From IMG/VR virus record IMGVR_UViG_3300023082_000011, positions 410-64,409 of that record: a stretch of DNA of 64,000 nt, one strand, 5' to 3'. The position numbers and the translations under genes are program-made. The notes beneath the pieces were generated by a model. It worked only from the letters and a program-made list of their open reading frames with translations, was not told the DNA's origin and did no database searches. This document shows, piece by piece, positions 20,409 through 30,551 of this stretch. Origin of the DNA: a virus. Each line of letters opens with the position of its first letter. Position 1 is the stretch's first letter.

Positions 20409-21206
20409 CTATCCATAAATACTTTCATAAAGTCCTTTTAACTCTTTTGTCTTTAGTTTTGGGTTTTTACGGCGCAGGATACCTATATTGTAATAATATT
20501 CATCATTTTCTATGCCGTAGTACCCTCTTCCTAGTCTGTCACAAACCACACCCGTAGTATTACTTCCCCTACAAGGATCCACCACTATGTCACCCTCTTT
20601 TGTGTAAGTTTTCACTATGTACTCCAATAAGGCTTCGGGCTTCTGTGTTTCGTGTAACGCCAATTTTTGCTTATCCGAAGGAAATTCTATGACACTTCGT
20701 GGGTACCGTTCGGTGCTATCGTAATCTTCCACTTTATCGGCGTACTCCTTGTTGTAAAGGTAACTTTCTTTTTCATTACGTCTTACTATACAAGCTGCCC
20801 TATTCTTGGCACTACTTACTTTCCTTACATGTCCAAATGTTTTTATCGGATAGTAGTCGGGAGTCTTTTTGTAGAATACCATGACGTTTTCATGTGCTTT
20901 CATGGGCATCCTTTTAGAGTTCATTCCTCCCGTGGCCTGTGTTTTTTCCCATATCCATTCATAACGGAGGTCTTTCATGTTTGAATTGCCCAAAGTTATG
21001 TTGAAAGGTATTTGTGCGGTGCATACGACTACCCCGTTAGGTCTTAGTACCCTCCAACACTCTTCCTAAAATATTTTCAGATTAACCAGAGAGTCCCACT
21101 TGCAATTTGTCGTTCCATAAGGCAAATCTGCAAAAACTATGGTTGCGATACCAGTGGGTACATTTTTAAACTGTTCCTCTAATTTTCCTAAAAACTCCTT
21201 GTCCAT
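20409..21206 (-). pseudogene. beta-class N6A/N4C DNA methyltransferase interrupted by an in-frame TAG at ~21066-21068 (pseudogene, or requires amber readthrough)
   Basis: N-fragment from ATG ~21204-21206 reads MDKEFLGKLEEQFKNVPTGIATIVFADLPYGTTNCKWDSLVNLKIF-TAG-EECWRVLRPNGVVVCT (DPPY-like DLPY plus the W-RVL-P-G motif), continuing in the same frame into ORF 20409..20993 with HETQKPEALLEYIV and VVDPCRGSNTTG (motif I); the gene also ends with TAG. Confidence 0.6.
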
Positions 21207-21405
21207 CTTAAAATTTTATTTTCTAACACCCTCCCTAAAAGCTGCCTTTGTCTTGTCTGAAAAGTTTATGGCTTGCTGTAAAGATATGTTATATTTCTTT
21301 AAATACTCCTCAATCACGCCCGTGGACTTATTTTTAAATTTAGTTGCCATATCTGTTACCTCCCGTAATCTAAAAGTTTTCGGATAATTATTTTTAACAT
21401 ATTGC

Positions 21406-21903
21406 TTACCATACCACTTTCTGGAATTTCTTATCGTATTTTATGAATTTGTGTAGGAACCCATAGTCGTGACAGACCAGGTTATTCCCGATCCATCCAA
21501 AGTTATCCTGCTTCACGTCGCTAAAGAATGCGGGTATGGTAGCAGGTCTTTTCTTCTCGGGCTTTTCAAAAGTCCGTTGCATAACTATGATTTTCTTGTT
21601 GGGACTCGTCCACAGTATGGGCGCGAACCATTTCTTTACCCACGCAAGGTTTCCCGTCAATTCCTGGATTTCTTCCCACAAAAGGAACTCCGAAGTATTG
21701 TTTGTGGAGCCTGAGAATTCCACCTTGACCACATATTTTGGATCAAGATTATACTCATAGACGCAGCGGAAGCTGCCATAGCCTATTTCCTTTCCCACTA
21801 TGGAGTGAATGAGGTCCATATTGACTTCCAGCCTGTTGTGTATGTCAAGTAGTTCCTTGTTGTCCTTTAGGGTGTTTTTAAGTTCCAGCATTTTCTGTCT
21901 CAA
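21406..21903 (-). CDS. hypothetical protein with a protein-kinase-like glycine loop
   Basis: IGYGSFRCVYEY..KYVVKVE resembles GxGxFGxV..VAVK; DYGF resembles DFG; 165 aa, too short for a canonical kinase. Confidence 0.3.
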   Translation of the reverse strand: MRQKMLELKNTLKDNKELLDIHNRLEVNMDLIHSIVGKEIGYGSFRCVYEYNLDPKYVVKVEFSGSTNNTSEFLLWEEIQELTGNLAWVKKWFAPILWTSPNKKIIVMQRTFEKPEKKRPATIPAFFSDVKQDNFGWIGNNLVCHDYGFLHKFIKYDKKFQKVVW

Positions 21904-22345
21904 AAGTTCTGCCTATGTTAAACTTTACGTTATCCCCAAAGAAATAACTCACGTCTTCCAGAAGGTTATACATATAAGCCTCTATTACGTCTATGTCATA
22001 ATTTGGTGTGTAATGTACGTTGAAGGTAACGTTCAATCCGTCCCTGTTACCGTACACTTTTACTCCCTCAAACTTACGTTGAATCTCTTTTTCAAAATCT
22101 TCCACATGTTGTCCTATTTTTTTGTTCAGCATGGAGGAAGCTTTGTTTAAAAGCGGCTGTAATTTTTTGACCATATTGGACAAGGTAATTTCTTCCACAT
22201 AGTCTATTGGATCGCTACCTTCACAGAAAAGATATATGTTATCAAGTGATACGGCTGTGATGTAGCCGTTATTTACCAACTCCCAAAACGTCTGTTCCTC
22301 GTTTGCGTTAAATTCACTTACAAATTCTAATGCTTTATCTTCCAT
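21878..22345 (-). CDS. hypothetical protein (155 aa)
   Basis: ORF track. Confidence 0.4.
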   Translation of the reverse strand: MEDKALEFVSEFNANEEQTFWELVNNGYITAVSLDNIYLFCEGSDPIDYVEEITLSNMVKKLQPLLNKASSMLNKKIGQHVEDFEKEIQRKFEGVKVYGNRDGLNVTFNVHYTPNYDIDVIEAYMYNLLEDVSYFFGDNVKFNIGRTFETENAGT

Positions 22346-22346
22346 T

Positions 22347-23351
22347 TTATTGAATATTATTAAATTCTGTTGATAGGGGGCTTAATATTTCCAATATTGC
22401 CTCAATAGTCCACCCGTTTCCGAAGGCTTTGTATATTTGGCTGTTGGAAACTCCCGAATTGATTATGTTGGTAATTTCTTCCTCCGTAAAGGTCTGCAAC
22501 CTTCCACACTCCCTTACGGAGTATCTCCTTGTGGCGAAAGGCGTGTGAATGATGCCCATATCGGAATGATTACCTCCTGAGTGGGACAGTCCCTTCCAAC
22601 GTGTTTCAAAAAAGGTAAGGTAAAGCCGAGTATAGACAAGGCGGGATGCCTTACGGGAGGGGCACACTCAGGAGGTAATCATTCCGAATGGTGAACTCCT
22701 CCCTCCGACACGTACACATTTTGATTTTTCCCTGACCGCAATCCCTATGGGACAATCGGGTAAATCTTCCAGTATGTCTTTTAAAAGAATACCCCTGTCC
22801 TCAGGCATTTGTATATCAGGTATGTTACTCCAGTAATTTCTTTTACGACTTTGGGCTGAAACCGAGTCACTGTTTATCTTAATAGGGCTGACGCCTAATT
22901 CTTTGGAAATGACATCTTCCCATTTTTTATGCATGTGAACATTTTCCAACAAGAAGTATTTTGGCTTGGCTTCCCTTAAAACTCTCACGTACTCCCAGAA
23001 AAGGTAAGATTGACCTTCAAATTCAAATCCTTTCTCTTTTAGGTCCAGATATTGGTCCAACGATAAAACTTCTATGCTATCTTTAGTGGACATTCCATTA
23101 AGTTTACCCGCCATTGAGAACGACTGACAAGGAGATCCTCCCAAAAGTAAATCCGCACCTAATAAATTCTGAAAATTAGTATCCCTTATGTCACCCATAT
23201 AGATAATATTTTCACAATTGGCCTTAGATAATTGCATGGCCGGTTTATCAATCTCAAAAGATACATATTTTTCTATGGGTATACCAAGTCTCCTTAAAGC
23301 CAGATATCCACACGACATACCATCAAAAGCCGAAATTACCTTAATTCCCAT
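22347..23351 (-). CDS. second DNA (cytosine-5)-methyltransferase, split by an in-frame TGA (22668-22670) embedded in a 23-bp perfect inverted repeat
   Basis: N-part 22668..23351 has FDGMSCG, GGSPCQSFS and ENV; C-part 22347..22667 (GTG start) has RRYSVRECGRLQTF and AFGNGW; the two ORFs are in the same frame. Confidence 0.6.
22561..22687. repeat. 23-bp perfect inverted repeat (tcggaatgattacctcctgagtg / cactcaggaggtaatcattccga) with an 81-nt spacer, inside the C5-MTase gene
   Basis: Arms at 22561..22583 and 22665..22687; the mRNA 5' arm contains the in-frame UGA. Confidence 0.8.
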
Positions 23352-23365
23352 AAATGACCAAAAAT

Positions 23366-23668
23366 TTATTTTTGTCTATATTTTCTTCCATCCAGGTTTC
23401 CAACCCTTCCACACCCACAAAATATTTTTTCAAAATATTGTCCGTTGGACATCCTTATTTCCATGTGGGGCTTATGATAAATTATCCCCTCGTCAACATA
23501 GAGACAATCGGGAAGGTAGTCAATGGTACTAAAGTTCCAGAAATAAAATCCTTCCTTTCTCCTAAAGTACCACTTATTTATGGCTGGCTTATATGAGTAC
23601 TGCCTAGCTTTAGCTTTTTTGTAGACTGTCACACTAACAATTTGCTCCCTGTTTATTTGTGTGGACAT
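23366..23668 (-). CDS. hypothetical protein (100 aa)
   Basis: ORF track. Confidence 0.35.
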   Translation of the reverse strand: MSTQINREQIVSVTVYKKAKARQYSYKPAINKWYFRRKEGFYFWNFSTIDYLPDCLYVDEGIIYHKPHMEIRMSNGQYFEKIFCGCGRVGNLDGRKYRQK

Positions 23669-23976
23669 TAATTTGATACCGTTTTTAGTTCTTGGGAATA
23701 TTTGAGATATTTTTCTATCTTTTCTAATTTATTACCAATTTTTATGGGGCACAATATTTGTTCGGGAAGGATACCTTGAAGCTGTAAATAACCCATTGCT
23801 CCCACCAAATCGTTATACTCATCCAACAACCGCTCCAAATTGTTTAATTTAAAGGGATTTTGTGCAGGATCGTCCTGTACCTCATCCAAACCAAACCTGA
23901 GTGCCTTTGAAGCCCTTTGTGATATCTCTTGGCACTCTTCCATCACTAGGAGCAGTAATAATTCCTGTTTCGTCAT
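23668..23976 (-). CDS. hypothetical protein (102 aa)
   Basis: ORF track. Confidence 0.35.
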   Translation of the reverse strand: MTKQELLLLLVMEECQEISQRASKALRFGLDEVQDDPAQNPFKLNNLERLLDEYNDLVGAMGYLQLQGILPEQILCPIKIGNKLEKIEKYLKYSQELKTVSN

Positions 23977-24242
23977 AACTTAAAATCTTTGGTAAATTGT
24001 ATATGGCGTTCCAAGGAAGTCTTGAAACCATAATCGTCTTCTATGTTGACCAAGTCTCTTTTATGGTACTCGTAAAGATCCTTGAACATGGCGAACTTTC
24101 CGTTTCCGTACATCCTGAGAAACTTTGCGTCCTTTTCCTGTCCCCAGTCTTCCCATTGTGTATCATGTTCAAATCCAAGCAATAAAAGTTCTTCCTTCAT
24201 CTCTAGAAGACGGTTTGTGCTACCTACCGATATTGATCCCAT
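23973..24242 (-). CDS. hypothetical protein (89 aa)
   Basis: ORF track; ATGA overlap. Confidence 0.35.
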   Translation of the reverse strand: MGSISVGSTNRLLEMKEELLLLGFEHDTQWEDWGQEKDAKFLRMYGNGKFAMFKDLYEYHKRDLVNIEDDYGFKTSLERHIQFTKDFKL

Positions 24243-24243
24243 C

Positions 24244-24474
24244 TTATGCGTCCTCCCTAGATTTTAAATTTTCTATTTCCTCGCATAGTCCCTCTTTTTC
24301 AAATTCGGATTTTTCAAGTTTAGACTCCAGTTCCTCAATTTCGTAAACCAAGGAATCCATTACGGATTCAAAATCTGACTTTAGTCTGCCTATTTCCCTT
24401 TGTAATCTGTCGTTATTCATTCCTGTTTTATTTTGATGGTACAAAAATAGCGACAATTTTTCAATCCTCGCCAT
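24244..24474 (-). CDS. hypothetical coiled-coil protein (76 aa)
   Basis: ORF track; heptad-like charged sequence. Confidence 0.3.
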   Translation of the reverse strand: MARIEKLSLFLYHQNKTGMNNDRLQREIGRLKSDFESVMDSLVYEIEELESKLEKSEFEKEGLCEEIENLKSREDA

Positions 24475-24494
24475 ATAAATCCGTTAATCTAAAG

Positions 24495-24908
24495 TTAAAA
24501 AGTTGTGACTACTTTAGTCTCCGCTATACTGACTACAATAAAGTCCTTAAACTCCTGTGCCAACTCGTCGCAAACCAAGTCATTTGCCTTACCCGTATTT
24601 TCCGCATTGACATAGTAGAGGTAAGAAATAAATCTTACTTTCTCGCTGTCTGGATCCTGTGTGCGTACCTTGACTTTGTACCATAGGTTTTCTACGTCGG
24701 CAAACTCCTTGAAGAAGCCTGTGATAGGTTCACGTTTTATGGACTGGATCAGGAAGCTTGGGTTAATGAGGTGTTGAAGTTCTTTGTTTACCTTCGTCTC
24801 TATGTCCGTGAAACTTACGCCCGACACTATATAGTCTTCCTTACGTTTAACCGCTTTGTCTTCCACTTCGACGGTGTAGCTTACCGTCACCAAAAATTGT
24901 TCTTTCAT
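24495..24908 (-). CDS. hypothetical protein (137 aa)
   Basis: ORF track. Confidence 0.4.
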   Translation of the reverse strand: MKEQFLVTVSYTVEVEDKAVKRKEDYIVSGVSFTDIETKVNKELQHLINPSFLIQSIKREPITGFFKEFADVENLWYKVKVRTQDPDSEKVRFISYLYYVNAENTGKANDLVCDELAQEFKDFIVVSIAETKVVTTF

Positions 24909-25270
24909 TTTTTAAATATTTGAATTTGTTGTTATGATCCTCAGTGAAATTGCTTCTAAAATCAGTGCGTAATGTCTTTCTAAATCCTCTATGGCGTCAT
25001 AGGTATTCACCACTTCCTTCCCTGAAGTAAGATAGAGCGTCAATTCGAGTATGTCCACCTCTTTCTCGACAAGTTCCACGAAATTTAGGTTTATCAAGGT
25101 CAATTTTGCCATATACTAAGAAATTCGTTTAATCGCGTTCTCCAAATCAATCGGATTGATGTTGTTAATATTGTCAAACAGAAATTCCAAGGCCGCTTGG
25201 GTATTAATGTCTACGTTTGTCAGGGTGATCCTCATGTCACCGTCCGAGCATTTGATTGTCGTTTCTATCA

Positions 25271-25744
25271 TTATACTGTTGTTTTATTTTTCTCTCTACC
25301 TAACCGTGTGATTTCATATATGTTTGACATAAAGTTTTCTGCCAATTCTTCAAACGTATTCCAGATTTCACTTGAATAATCTTTGTTTATAATTGTGTCT
25401 TTCACCTTTTCGTTTATTAAGTCCTTGTTTGATTTTACGGCATCTTCCATCATTACGTAGGCAAGTGAAGGTTTACTTCCATAACTACCATCACGAAAAA
25501 CAGAGTAGCTTTTTATATCTCTAATTATTTTTTCAGTTTTATCCAAAATAACTTGTCTGCTGTTGGGGACCAGTTTATCAATTTCGTTGAAAACTATTTC
25601 GTACGAGAGGTTAGAAAGTAGTCTTTGAGTATTTTCTTCATTCTTGAATAACGAATTTATATTAATCTTAACTTGTTCAATTAAGATTTGTTTTATTTCA
25701 TCTTCCGAAAGGTAGTCCTTAATGTCTATTACTAATTTTTCCAT
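25271..25744 (-). CDS. hypothetical protein (157 aa)
   Basis: ORF track. Confidence 0.4.
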   Translation of the reverse strand: MEKLVIDIKDYLSEDEIKQILIEQVKININSLFKNEENTQRLLSNLSYEIVFNEIDKLVPNSRQVILDKTEKIIRDIKSYSVFRDGSYGSKPSLAYVMMEDAVKSNKDLINEKVKDTIINKDYSSEIWNTFEELAENFMSNIYEITRLGREKNKTTV

Positions 25745-25746
25745 TT

Positions 25747-26136
25747 TTATTTATTATATAATGTCACCACTTCCTCCGCCTCCGTTCTGGCAAGTCCCGT
25801 CAATTTCTCCCACTGCCCCTTGGACATGTTGGTCTTGAACGGCCCCTCATACTTTTCGGTACTCACCAGACTCAATCCTTCCGTGGCAGCCGTGTTCCTC
25901 AATTCCGTTAAGGTCATCAGCCCTGTCTTACCCACCTCATAAAAGGCCTCAAAAGAGAAAATCTGTGGCTTCATGAGTATGGAAAATTTTACCTGGAATT
26001 CCAGTTTCATCCGTGTTTCGCCCTGACTGCTTTCCGATTCCAAGGAAAGTTTGTTGTTGAAGGCAGCATCCTTTTGTGATAAGGCGGTCAGTGTTGTCAT
26101 CACCGCTAAGGCCAATGTTAAAATAATCTGTTTCAT
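25747..26136 (-). CDS. secreted protein with a signal peptide (129 aa)
   Basis: N-terminal MKQIILTLALAVMTTLTALSQ. Confidence 0.45.
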   Translation of the reverse strand: MKQIILTLALAVMTTLTALSQKDAAFNNKLSLESESSQGETRMKLEFQVKFSILMKPQIFSFEAFYEVGKTGLMTLTELRNTAATEGLSLVSTEKYEGPFKTNMSKGQWEKLTGLARTEAEEVVTLYNK

Positions 26137-26213
26137 TTTTATTATGTTTTAATTTCTGTTACAAACTTAAAGATAAAAACCATACAAAATTATTCCTTAA
26201 CATTTTTTAAGGA

Positions 26214-27284
26214 TTAAAAAGGCACCTCTTCTGTTTTGGTGAAATTATCAAACTCTATGACAGGGTTCTCGACCCGATTGAATACCGGGATGCTTATGTC
26301 TGGTGGGCCTGATTTAGCCTCTTGGGGCGGCTTGTAATTTGTATCCCCACTTTCAAAAATTCTTTCAGCAAATACATCCTGTATGTCCTTGATGTCTGCA
26401 TTCCTACGTTTTAAATAGAATGAGTAGGCTACACCAATTGGATCAAAACTGTCCGTATTCGCTCCGTTGTCAATCTTAAATTCATCAAGCCAAGAGTAGC
26501 TATTTTTACCAAACACCATGAATTTATCGGTTATACCTAATCTCCAAGGAAGTACTTTTACATATAGTACATCACAAAGCTTTAACAATTGTCCTGTACC
26601 ATAAATGTCAGACTCTATGGGACGTTGCATCTTTACATTCTCTTTCCTTTGGATATAGTTGTCATTCATTTGATTGAGCACTATAAATCCTATGAAAGGG
26701 TGCATATCCTTCAATATGTTTATTTTGGTCAGAAATGCGTCCTGAGAAGACTTTTGCCCCCCTTTGGTATCCAAGATATTCTCTAAGTTATCCACTGTCA
26801 CCAGAAGCTTCTTATCAGGGTATTTTTCTATCAACGATTTAACGTCATCAAAAAATACGTCAGGAGATACAGGCTCGTTTTGATAGTATATACCTTCTTG
26901 TCTATGTACATCACAAATCTCTCTCATTCGGATAAGCTCTTCTTGGGAGGGACTGTGGAACAAAACTTCATCCATTGATTTACCGGTCCGTTGACAAATA
27001 TCTCTTACCAATATCTTGAAAAAGTTTAACTCGTAGTTACCGTTACAGATTATAATGTCATCGTTGTTCTGTAGGATATGTCTTAGGATTCGTTCAAGAT
27101 CATAGCTTTTACCGTTTTGGCTTCTAGCAACAATCCCTACGATACTTCCTGGGGTCATACCTCCCATCAAGGCTTTGTCTAAGTGGGGTATTCCTGTACT
27201 TATAGGTTTTAGTTCACCACTCTGAAATTTAAGTATTGTCTTAACTGTATTATTGGTAAGTTCTTTAGACTTATGTAGTGCCAT
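26214..27284 (-). CDS. DnaB/gp4-like RecA-fold replicative helicase (P-loop ATPase)
   Basis: GIPHLDKALMGGMTPGSIVGIVARSQNGKSY resembles the DnaB H1 region (LD..xGG..G.L..xAxRPxMGKT); 356 aa. Confidence 0.5.
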   Translation of the reverse strand: MALHKSKELTNNTVKTILKFQSGELKPISTGIPHLDKALMGGMTPGSIVGIVARSQNGKSYDLERILRHILQNNDDIIICNGNYELNFFKILVRDICQRTGKSMDEVLFHSPSQEELIRMREICDVHRQEGIYYQNEPVSPDVFFDDVKSLIEKYPDKKLLVTVDNLENILDTKGGQKSSQDAFLTKINILKDMHPFIGFIVLNQMNDNYIQRKENVKMQRPIESDIYGTGQLLKLCDVLYVKVLPWRLGITDKFMVFGKNSYSWLDEFKIDNGANTDSFDPIGVAYSFYLKRRNADIKDIQDVFAERIFESGDTNYKPPQEAKSGPPDISIPVFNRVENPVIEFDNFTKTEEVPF

Positions 27285-27285
27285 C

Positions 27286-28056
27286 TTATTTATATCTTTT
27301 AACTCTCCAGTTTAATAATCTTTCATATACTTCAGACTTAACTTTATTTTTCCAACGCTCAGCTAATATTTTTGCGTAGTCTTCCTTTTTCTCTTTGTAC
27401 ATTTCAAATGCTTCCTCAGCAGTTTTAAAACTTCCATGGTGATTGGACTTACCATTCATGCCGCCTGAAGATATAAATGAATTACCCTTCATTGACACAC
27501 CAATTGGAAGAATTCTATCTTGATTACCTCTTTTGGAGAAAAAAGAATTTAATTCTACAGGTACAAAACAACAAACATTTGGGCCATATACTTTATTTCC
27601 TTCAACTAAGATATCTTTGTCCAAGTGCCACCCCTCAATATAGTTTTCTTCATAAAATTTGGCGAAATTTTGGAAATTATGCCATTCTTCGCAGACTGTT
27701 ACCCCTACATACGCTGGTTGTTGTTGCTGTATTTTAATACAATAACATCTCATAATCATTTTAAACCACGTAGAATAGGCTTCTGTTTTAGCTCCTTTAG
27801 TATATCTTGACTTATACTTTCCTATACCTAAATATCCAATATTAAATATTGTTCTTTTGTTAGGATTTTGGGTAATGCCCCTTTTAAAGTACTTGTAGTG
27901 TACATTTGATAGAATGGTGTTAAATTCATCCTTGAATTTTATGATGCAATTTGTGCTGTGCTCATACTTAATTAAGGTCATCTCGTAACCTTCTTTTGAG
28001 GTGACGATTTCTCCAACTCTTTTATTAGCGTATTTTTCTATTTGGTTGCATCCCAT
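27286..28056 (-). CDS. HNH homing endonuclease with a C-terminal AP2-like DNA-binding domain
   Basis: EGWHLDKDILVEGNKV..NVCCFVPVELN (HNH-like) and HHGSFKTAEEAFEMYKEK (AP2-like G.F.T.EEA..AY). Confidence 0.5.
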   Translation of the reverse strand: MGCNQIEKYANKRVGEIVTSKEGYEMTLIKYEHSTNCIIKFKDEFNTILSNVHYKYFKRGITQNPNKRTIFNIGYLGIGKYKSRYTKGAKTEAYSTWFKMIMRCYCIKIQQQQPAYVGVTVCEEWHNFQNFAKFYEENYIEGWHLDKDILVEGNKVYGPNVCCFVPVELNSFFSKRGNQDRILPIGVSMKGNSFISSGGMNGKSNHHGSFKTAEEAFEMYKEKKEDYAKILAERWKNKVKSEVYERLLNWRVKRYK

Positions 28057-28058
28057 AC

Positions 28059-28679
28059 TTATCTATTGTATTGTTCTTTTGTCCATTCAGCACTAAAAAA
28101 ATCTTGATGTCGCAAGTAGTAAGCATATAAACGGCTTCCCTCCTTATTGAATTTGGTGCTGTAAACATTGTCTGATTTGTAGAAAATGTTCTGGGCTTTA
28201 TTACTGTATTCCATTTCTTTGCTGTCGCTTAAAAATGTAGCTATGAGGTGTACGAGTTTATTGCGGCTGATATTTGTCTGTAAACGGAAGTCACGTATAT
28301 AATCAAGTGTACGTCCTTTAGCTCCCGCATCCTTCCCACGTTTCTTATAATGCTCCGACACCCACTCCCATATTTGACGATCTTCTTCCCCCACCCTAGC
28401 TTCACCTAAAGCTTCCAATATCTCCTTGCCTTTCTTACCGATCCTGGCCTTGGAAAAGACACTGTCACTTTTCTTGCCTGACTTAATCAGGTCGGCCCAC
28501 CCAAGGTTTATGGCGTCCGTAAGTTTACCGTCGCCCCAATTGCTTAAAAATTCTTCTTCCTTTTGTCGTAGTGCTATGAGGTAAATGACATCTGAATCGG
28601 CTATACCTAATTTTTTTAGTTTGGTAAAGTTAATGTACATTCTCTTACAATTTTTTGATTGCGTCCTCCAACATTTCAC
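28059..28679 (-). CDS. hypothetical protein (206 aa)
   Basis: ORF track. Confidence 0.4.
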   Translation of the reverse strand: MKCWRTQSKNCKRMYINFTKLKKLGIADSDVIYLIALRQKEEEFLSNWGDGKLTDAINLGWADLIKSGKKSDSVFSKARIGKKGKEILEALGEARVGEEDRQIWEWVSEHYKKRGKDAGAKGRTLDYIRDFRLQTNISRNKLVHLIATFLSDSKEMEYSNKAQNIFYKSDNVYSTKFNKEGSRLYAYYLRHQDFFSAEWTKEQYNR

Positions 28680-29903
28680 TCAAACACGTGCCACCGTTAT
28701 AAAACCTTGTCTGAAAAGTATAGGTGCCGTCTTTATTGTCGGCTATATGGAAATCGGTGTCATCGTCGCTTTCCGTGTGGTCAAAGACTTCCCACAATTT
28801 GCCATCCACCATGATGTACTTTTCATAATACTCGTCAAACAAGGTAGAAGGCTCTTCATAGTCATCTGCCGACTGCCCTTCCTTGACCCAAAGACTTTTA
28901 CACAATTCATCCATGGTCTGCCCCTCTTCTTGTGGAACCAACCTTAATTTTCCAAAATGTTGTTCGTAATCGCTCATTTTTCGTTAAGTTTATATATTGC
29001 TATGGTATATTCGGTTATGCTGTCAACAAACTTTTTGTACTCCAAGTCAAAACTTTCTTTTGTATGGAGACCGTCATTCAATATACGCACTTCGTTCTCT
29101 TTCATGTAGAGTTGCACCCTAAGCATCGTGTCTATACGTTTCCTTAATGTTTCTTGTGGTGTTTCCATAACTTTCAATAGTAACCTATTAGTTTCCCTGT
29201 TTTTAAATTTGTGAGTATACCCACGTTAAAATGCTTCATCAAGCCTTCATGTAGCTTTAGGTAAGGTTTCCTGTACATCATGAACTTTTGTAGGTTGTCG
29301 GCAAATTCCTTTATTCCTATACCCTTGAACCGATCCTCACAGTTTTCCAAAAATTCCTTGTAGAAATACTGCATGTCAATCTTTTTGTTGTTCAGGCAGT
29401 TTATTAAGTGTTCCCGTGTCATAGTAATTTCTTTGGTTGTAAGTTTAAGAGGTGTTCCCTAAAATCCTGAACAGTTTTCAGATACGCCTTGGCTGCATTG
29501 ATGTTTGTAAGATTAAAATTTATGCAGGACTGTGTCCTTTTTTCAAAATTCAAAAGGGCTTCTTTCTTTGTGGGATAAGCATAACGTTTCCTTGCCGTTT
29601 TTGATACGACACAAGTTAAAGTTATCTCTGACTTGTACTGATTAAACAATTCCTGTGCTAATGCTTTAGGTGATTTTCTCATGTCAAATTTGTTAATAAT
29701 TCACTGTACTTATCTATAGCTGACCCTGCTTCACTATAACTCCAATACTCTTTATCAGGACCTCTCACCACAAATTCACCTAAACCTGATATACCTATTT
29801 CATAACCTTTTGTTGCAGCATATCTTGAAAAGCTGTGTAACCTAAATTCTATCAGCCACTCTTCAGATATATTATCTAAATGTTCTTGTAAGTATTTTGT
29901 CAT
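28645..29903 (-). CDS. run of five small overlapping genes (110, 67, 82, 87, 74 aa), early-gene-like
   Basis: ORFs 28645..28977, 28974..29177, 29174..29422, 29419..29682 and 29679..29903, all with ATGA stop/start overlaps. Confidence 0.35.
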
Positions 29904-29908
29904 ATTTA

Positions 29909-30397
29909 TTAATCTTCAATTTTTAAATATTCCCTGAAAATTGCCTTCAACTTACCTTCTTCCGTAATTGATTCCCACATTTCCAAAACCCTTTCCTTTA
30001 TGAGAGGCCAAGAGTTGGGAAAATGTTCCTCCACGGAAGCCAAGTCCATTTTATCTAAATAGTTGTCAAGTTTTGTATGATAATTTAATTCAAGTACTAT
30101 GATATTTCTTGGATCGGTTGCCACACTTAAAAACTTACGCTTGGGAAAGATATGGCACATGTTAAAATTGCTGAAACTCACAAGGTTACGACCCGATTCT
30201 TGGCATACTGGATTATGGGTGGCATATATCTCCTTAAAAAAATCTGCCATAACAGCCTTCTTCTCCTTTGTTGATTCATTCGGCCTGCTACTTGGTTTTT
30301 TGTAGGTTTTTGACGCACATTTCTGACATCGCTGTTTTGACCAGATATAACACTCTTTTTGGCATCCAATACAAATCTTCAATTTACGTTTTATCAC
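29909..30397 (-). CDS. zinc-finger protein, possibly NinG/Rap-like
   Basis: N-terminal KICIGCQKECYIWSKQRCQKC; weak resemblance to the lambda NinG N-terminus. Confidence 0.3.
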   Translation of the reverse strand: MIKRKLKICIGCQKECYIWSKQRCQKCASKTYKKPSSRPNESTKEKKAVMADFFKEIYATHNPVCQESGRNLVSFSNFNMCHIFPKRKFLSVATDPRNIIVLELNYHTKLDNYLDKMDLASVEEHFPNSWPLIKERVLEMWESITEEGKLKAIFREYLKIED

Positions 30398-30551
30398 TTT
30401 GCCCCCTTATCCTTACAGGCGTCCTTCCAACCCCTGTTATAACTTCCTTCGTCAATATCGTTCCTTGCTTCGTTAAGCAATATCTGTGGATCACCGCCTT
30501 TTAATATGGAGCCCGTGGCATCATTGTAGCCTCTGGTGTATTCTTTGTTTT

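Noticed and set aside
22561-22687. Selenocysteine insertion (SECIS) explanation for the in-frame TGA in the C5-MTase.
   Set aside because: Bacterial SECIS hairpins start about 11 nt downstream of the UGA and are compact, around 40 nt. Here the UGA lies inside the 5' arm of a 23-bp stem with an 81-nt loop, and MTases are not selenoproteins.
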